Virus record (IMG/VR): IMGVR_UViG_3300027896_000014
Span: 81,244 to 145,243 of that record
Reading direction: 5' to 3' (one strand)
Source of the DNA: a virus
Length of the DNA stretch: 64,000 bases
The notes under the pieces are model-generated. The model saw only the letters and a list, made by a program, of their open reading frames with translations. It was not told where the DNA came from and did no database searches. The translations under genes and the position numbers were made by a program. Shown here piece by piece: positions 59,731 through 64,000 of this stretch; position 1 is the stretch's first letter; each line of letters opens with the position of its first letter.

Positions 59731-59867
59731 AAAAAAGGGGCCTCCGGTTGGGACGATCACTTTTGAGGCGATCCCGGAGAACCCCTAATCTGTTGAGTTT
59801 AATTTTGTCGTCTCGTCCCATAAACCGCCCAGAAACCAATCTTACGCAAGCGCGTAGAAGATGTCAA
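59731..59867 (-). promoter_or_regulatory. Replication-operon promoter, operator, structured leader and terminator
   Basis: TTGACA(59862-67)-17-TAAGAT(59839-44); operator 59843-59856; stem plus U6 at 59731-59786. Confidence 0.7.
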
Positions 59868-59870
59868 GCC

Positions 59871-60098
59871 TTATTTTTGTTCGGGCTCCAGCTTTTCATA
59901 TTTGAACCCGCCGTTCTTAATAAGCTGGTTAAAAGACTTCCCAATCGAGTCAGCCTCCATAAGATCGGAATGGACCTGGGGTGGCACCCCAAAATGATGA
60001 TAGATGTGCCCGGATCTGAATTCGGTCTCAAGAGTCTGCGTAGGTTCTTCGTATCCGATCGACGCGATATTCGATGACTTTACTGGCGTTCTTTCCAT
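59871..60098 (-). CDS. KTSC domain protein
   Basis: PV.SSNIASIGY......LE.EF.SG..Y....VP......LM.A.S.GK.FN..IK. Confidence 0.9.
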   Translation of the reverse strand: MERTPVKSSNIASIGYEEPTQTLETEFRSGHIYHHFGVPPQVHSDLMEADSIGKSFNQLIKNGGFKYEKLEPEQK

Positions 60099-60113
60099 GG
60101 TTTTCCCCTCCCT

Positions 60114-60617
60114 TTATGTCTTCTCTGTTTTAGCGTAATATCCCCACTTTAATTTCATCCCTAATCGAAGGCCATATTTAGCGAGCCCTCCCTCTAATTC
60201 AGTGAGTGATTTTTTGCCAAAATTACGGATGTCCAAAATTTCCCTGCGTGTCTTCTGCACCACTTCGCCAAGCGTTCTTAGATTCTGGTTTCGCAAGGCA
60301 CTGGCCGATCTTACGGTTAATTCAATGTCCCAGACAGGAGTATCGTAGAGTACCTTATCGATTTGATCGTAGACTTCACCTCGATTGGTATCATCAATTT
60401 GAGGATAACGATTCTTGATATAAGAGATCTTCTCAAGAAACTCTTTAATAAAAGCCTGTTTTTTTTCCTTGTCTTTAAATAACCAAAGTGCTTTTGCTTC
60501 GATCTGCCGTATCCTTTCGAAGGATAGCCCGATCATCGCCGATATCTCCCGTAGCGTTTTCCCCTTCTCTCGTTGTTCCAAAATAAATGTGGCTCTAACC
60601 AAATCAAATGTTTTCAC
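60114..60617 (-). CDS. sigma70 region-4 HTH fused to RNAP alpha-CTD
   Basis: TLREI....GLS.ERIRQIE.KAL plus LTVRS..AL......LGE......EIL.IRNFGKKSL.E....L...GL.LGM. Confidence 0.85.
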   Translation of the reverse strand: MKTFDLVRATFILEQREKGKTLREISAMIGLSFERIRQIEAKALWLFKDKEKKQAFIKEFLEKISYIKNRYPQIDDTNRGEVYDQIDKVLYDTPVWDIELTVRSASALRNQNLRTLGEVVQKTRREILDIRNFGKKSLTELEGGLAKYGLRLGMKLKWGYYAKTEKT

Positions 60618-60824
60618 CTCCGTGCTCCCCTCCTTTTCATTGGCGGGAACCCCCCGGTTATTTTTTCCCCTCCATGATCAATTCTCACGGGTTGACCTCA
60701 TTCCTCTCTTTTAATCTTATAACTACCATCTTCCTGTTTTTCCCAAGACAGAACAACCTGGTAGTGGGTCAGTTTGAAAATATTCTCTCTTGCAATGCTT
60801 AACCAGTCATGCTACGTTTAGGGC

Positions 60825-61064
60825 ATGATCAAGAAGAAAAGAAACCCCTCTGACATAAGTGTACTTGCTTATCAGATCGTAAAAGACGCCACCGAAGAAG
60901 TCAAAGAAGAAATCCCGATCAAAGAAAAAAACCCTGCTGCTGTTGCTCTTGGTCGCCTTGGAGGGTTAAAGGGTGGGAAAGCAAGGGCGGAAAAGCTTTC
61001 CAAAAAAGAACTTCGAGAATGGGGTCGAAAAGCTGCAAAAGCTCGATGGTCTAAAAAATCATAG
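60825..61064 (+). CDS. Small basic protein (KNPAAV.LGR.GGLKGG type)
   Basis: Motif typical of companions of IS1-like transposases; leaderless after TTGCAA-17-TACGTT. Confidence 0.8.
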   Translation: MIKKKRNPSDISVLAYQIVKDATEEVKEEIPIKEKNPAAVALGRLGGLKGGKARAEKLSKKELREWGRKAAKARWSKKS

Positions 61065-61424
61065 TTTTATATCGACCTAAGGGTTATTCCTTCCCAATTA
61101 GAGTTCTAATTTGTCCCGCATTTAAATAATGGAATGTTCGCCAATGTCCTAATCTGAGTTCAAATTAGGACATTACTTATTTCTCTATATTAAGCATCCG
61201 TTATTTAGAGATACAAACAAATTGAAAAATATGATTATCTAAGTCGTTAATCATAAGTATCTAATAATATTAAATAATACCACATTCAATAAACCACATG
61301 AAGTTATGCGTATGACGGTTGAAGGCCAAGTCTAAAATATTCCTTGACATTTGAATATCTATTGTGCCAAAATAGAGTTAAGTGTAATAAGTAATAAGAA
61401 TCCACGTAAAAGGAGGGGCTGAGG

Positions 61425-61973
61425 ATGAGCCAAAAAGATAGACTCTTTGTAGATGCAATTAAAAAGATTGAAGACGATATAGGTGAATTGATTCAAGAGG
61501 TAAATAAAAAAAAGCGGGCAATCAATGCGATTTATGAAACCTTAGGGGAAAAAGCGCCATATGAGATTGAAGGGGAACCGAAGAGTTTTCAATTTAAACG
61601 GTCTCAGTTTTATGGTAAAAACTTTGCAACTGCTGTTCAAGAATTTTTGAAAATTAAGGGAGATGCGTGCACGTCAGAGGAAATTTATAATGGCCTTAGT
61701 GAAGGTGCTTTTGATTTCCCTTGGAAACCAAAAGATCGTCTTCGTATGGTTGCCATCTCACTTTCGACAAATCCGGCAGTGTTTCATAAGTTACCTAATA
61801 ACACATTTGGATTATCGGCTTGGTATTCAGAAATGCACCCAATACGGAAGAGAACCACAAAAGCAAGGAGGAAAAGAATTTCAAAAAATGAAGATCAATT
61901 GAAGGAAAAAGGATCGCCTAAACATATAAAGACAAATCCTGAAGATAGTGAAGTGAAAGGAGGGGATGTATGA
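61425..61973 (+). CDS. Coiled-coil plus winged-helix (HARE-HTH-like) regulator
   Basis: A...FL...G......EI...L..G...L..N...F..L....FGL..WY; RBS AGGAGG. Confidence 0.65.
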   Translation: MSQKDRLFVDAIKKIEDDIGELIQEVNKKKRAINAIYETLGEKAPYEIEGEPKSFQFKRSQFYGKNFATAVQEFLKIKGDACTSEEIYNGLSEGAFDFPWKPKDRLRMVAISLSTNPAVFHKLPNNTFGLSAWYSEMHPIRKRTTKARRKRISKNEDQLKEKGSPKHIKTNPEDSEVKGGDV

Positions 61974-62112
61974 TGCCACCAAAATCCAGCGCCGCAGCAA
62001 AAATTGCTGAGGGGCGGCGCTAAAACATAAATAAAAAAATGAGGGGAAGCATTCTGCTTGCGAGGCTCTATGCTTCTCCCTCATCCCCAAAAATTTATTT
62101 GGGATATATGAT

Positions 62113-62185
62113 GCCCCTGTAGCTAAAAGGATATAGCAAATGGTTGCTACCCATTTTGTTCCCGGTTCAAGCCCGGGCAGGGGCA
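62113..62185 (+). tRNA. tRNA with GCU (Ser) anticodon but class-I, Arg-like body
   Basis: All four stems perfectly paired; 5-nt variable loop; no encoded CCA. Confidence 0.85.
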
Positions 62186-62280
62186 CACCTATTTACAAAT
62201 GGCACAGATAAACTTTTTTGTCAAGCAAATAATGCTTAACCGGTCACGCAAGTTTTTCTTTTCACAATCTAAAATAATGC

Positions 62281-62309
62281 TTGACAATGCTTATGCGGAC
62301 AAGTATAAT
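62281..62309 (+). promoter_or_regulatory. Perfect sigma70 promoter for a leaderless transposase mRNA
   Basis: TTGACA-17-TATAAT, ATG 6 nt after the -10 box. Confidence 0.8.
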
Positions 62310-62315
62310 GTCATT

Positions 62316-63143
62316 ATGAATAAGCTGACGAAAGAGAAACAGAGGCAAGTGGTGGCAGCACTCGTCGAGGGTACTTCGATCCGGGCAACATGCCGAATGA
62401 CGGGCGTTGCTAAGAATACGGTCGTTAAGCTCTTGGTGGATCTCGGTAAAGCTTGTGCAGAATATCAAGATAAAGCTTTCCAAAATCTTACCTGTAGTCG
62501 TATCCAGGTCGATGAAATTTGGGCCTTCTGCTATGCCAAAGAAAAGAATGTACCAGAAGACAAAAAAGGTCAGTTTGGATATGGCGATGTTTGGACTTTT
62601 ACGGCGTTGGACGCTGAAACTAAGTTGGTTCCCGTTTTCTCCATCGGAAGACGTGATCTTGAATGTGCCACTGACTTTATGAAAGATTTAGCAAGTCGTC
62701 TTAAAAACCGCATCCAATTAACTACGGATGGGCATAAGATGTATTTAGAGGCTGTAGAAGAAGCTTTCGGTTCTGAAATTGATTTTAGTCAGCTTGTCAA
62801 AATATATGGGAATAGCGAAGAGAGTCAGAAACGATATAGTCCCGCTCAATGTATTGGTATAGAAAAAATAAAGATTAACGGCACCCCTAAAGATGAAAGT
62901 ATCTCAACAAGCTATGTAGAGAGGCAAAACTTAACAATGCGGATGAATATGAGAAGATTTACAAGACTGACAAATGGATTTTCAAAAAAGGTTGAAAATC
63001 TTTACTATGCGGAAGCCTTGTATTTCATGTATTATAATTTCTGTAGGATTCATCAGACCCTAAGAGTAACCCCGGCAATGGCAGCAAAAGTAACGGATCG
63101 GCTTTGGGACATTAAGGATATTATTGCTTTGTTAAAAGGATAA
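62316..63143 (+). CDS. IS1-family DDE transposase (single ORF, HTH plus DDE)
   Basis: EG.SIRA..R.TGV..NTV; IQVDEIW; TTDG...Y; STSYVERQNLTMR...RR..R.T..FSKK. Confidence 0.92.
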   Translation: MNKLTKEKQRQVVAALVEGTSIRATCRMTGVAKNTVVKLLVDLGKACAEYQDKAFQNLTCSRIQVDEIWAFCYAKEKNVPEDKKGQFGYGDVWTFTALDAETKLVPVFSIGRRDLECATDFMKDLASRLKNRIQLTTDGHKMYLEAVEEAFGSEIDFSQLVKIYGNSEESQKRYSPAQCIGIEKIKINGTPKDESISTSYVERQNLTMRMNMRRFTRLTNGFSKKVENLYYAEALYFMYYNFCRIHQTLRVTPAMAAKVTDRLWDIKDIIALLKG

Positions 63144-63202
63144 ATTATGGTAGTGTGTATCGATTTGAAATTTAGAAGAGATAGCAGTATGCTTATTGTC
63201 TT

Positions 63203-63730
63203 TTATATTTGGATTGGTTCCTCGTAGTCCTTTATCTTTGACAATGATTCATAGTAAGTAGTATCTAACCACTTTAGAAGCAAACTAATATATTCTGTGC
63301 AAAGTTTAGACTCCGTGCAGGGAACTTCAATTGTCAGACGAGTCCCTAAGGTGGTAAATAGCGAAGGGACTCGACCACTAAATAGTTGTTTTTCCTTATT
63401 CTCTAAGTCGCTTTCCTTGCTTAATTTTATAATGAGACCGTCGTATAAAACCGCTTTTTCTACTTCAATAAAATAGATAGTCTTATCTGTCGCTGGGCTT
63501 GCTGTAATCTTGGTCTTACCCAAATTCTTCAGGTTTCTTTCTACCGTGCCAGTCGCTACCCCAAAACGTATCTTGAGCAGGTCCCAAGCTTTATCCATAG
63601 TTGTTCCCATAGCTATAATTTTGTCCCGTATATCTGACAATTTGTCACTAACGTCTTTACGAAAGCCCGATAAACCAAAATATACAGCTACGGCTATTGC
63701 TAATAAACCTACAAATAGTCCCCACTCCAT
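63203..63730 (-). CDS. Membrane-anchored hypothetical passenger protein
   Basis: N-terminal TM helix and coiled segment; RBS GAGG. Confidence 0.7.
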   Translation of the reverse strand: MEWGLFVGLLAIAVAVYFGLSGFRKDVSDKLSDIRDKIIAMGTTMDKAWDLLKIRFGVATGTVERNLKNLGKTKITASPATDKTIYFIEVEKAVLYDGLIIKLSKESDLENKEKQLFSGRVPSLFTTLGTRLTIEVPCTESKLCTEYISLLLKWLDTTYYESLSKIKDYEEPIQI

Positions 63731-63792
63731 TGCTTTTACCTCACCGATTTTGTTTCGTCTGAGTAAATTATACCAATCTTGACCATATTAAA

Positions 63793-63822
63793 CTACCACC
63801 ACCACCACCACCAATCATCCAT
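63793..63822 (-). CDS. Putative micro-ORF MDDWWWWWW
   Basis: AAAGGAG-6nt-ATG GAT GAT (TGG)6 TAG. Confidence 0.45.
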   Translation of the reverse strand: MDDWWWWWW

Positions 63823-63963
63823 AGATTACTCCTTTTTATTAATTTGTCAAGATTTTTTAAACTGACCCACTACCAAATTCTCAACAGAGTTGACTGTTTA
63901 TCAATTTCTTATAAAATAAATATATTGTCCGGGGGCCAATGGAATGATAGAAAGGGGGCATCC

Positions 63964-64000
63964 GTGGAAGACCGAATTTTGATTGTAGATGATGAAGAAG
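63964..64000 (+). CDS. Response regulator receiver domain, partial (host gene)
   Basis: GTG start after AAAGGGGG; MEDRILIVDDEE. Confidence 0.75.
   Translation, partial: MEDRILIVDDEE

Larger units (their letters stand above)
1..60759 (-). mobile_element. Podovirus-like prophage (continues past the left edge; right end truncated by an IS)
   Basis: Co-oriented TerS, TerL, portal, scaffold, MCP, adaptor, tail and ejection genes plus replication genes; no tape measure or sheath seen; host-type gene begins at 63964. Confidence 0.9.
60760..63874 (+). mobile_element. IS1-family element with passenger genes
   Basis: Perfect 16-bp terminal IRs GGTAGTGGGTCAGTTT (60760-60775 and 63859-63874); no target duplication. 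Confidence 0.85.

Noticed and set aside
1-60759. Alternative genetic code suggested by the odd tRNA
   Set aside because: Genes are full length in code 11 and conserved motifs read normally; the odd tRNA belongs to the IS, not the phage.
149-60802. Most other plus-strand ORFs within the prophage
   Set aside because: Shadows of minus-strand genes with no motifs or RBS; only 17851, 17981 and 24137 have promoters and recognisable domains.
62113-62185. tRNA as the prophage attachment site
   Set aside because: It lies inside the IS inverted repeats; no duplicated 3' fragment or integrase is seen.

Overview
Almost the whole window (1 to about 60759) is a temperate podovirus-like prophage encoded on the minus strand. 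Reading right to left it carries: a sigma4-alphaCTD fusion, KTSC, a replication initiator and loader, a RusA-like nuclease, a PAPS-reductase/HerA/ParB/radical-SAM/DUF5131 block, a lysis and cell-envelope enzyme block, TerS, TerL, about 8 kb of accessory genes (including a diverged second capsid gene), portal, a PurD-like ATP-grasp ligase, four small basic proteins, tRNA-Met, scaffold, major capsid, adaptor and tail genes, and internal (ejection) proteins that run off the left edge. The right end is cut by a 3.1-kb IS1-family element (60760-63874) with passenger genes, followed by the start of a host-type response regulator; no integrase or repressor is visible. Main observations: (1) the ATP-grasp enzyme has the same N-terminal repeat as the ejection proteins; (2) the portal tail, four basic microproteins and an ejection protein share a PL(S/A)x(F/Y)xP-like motif; (3) there is a second, shortened major-capsid paralog; (4) a TACGC-N4-GCGTA palindrome recurs across the prophage and sits at promoter/terminator operon heads; (5) a class-I tRNA with a Ser (GCU) anticodon but Arg identity elements lies inside the IS, near an MDDWWWWWW micro-ORF; (6) both antisense HNH insertions keep a codon-aligned open frame on the operon strand; (7) a 1.3-kb cassette with an 8-bp target duplication splits an endonuclease VII gene. 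All family calls come from motif recognition by eye, not from database searches.
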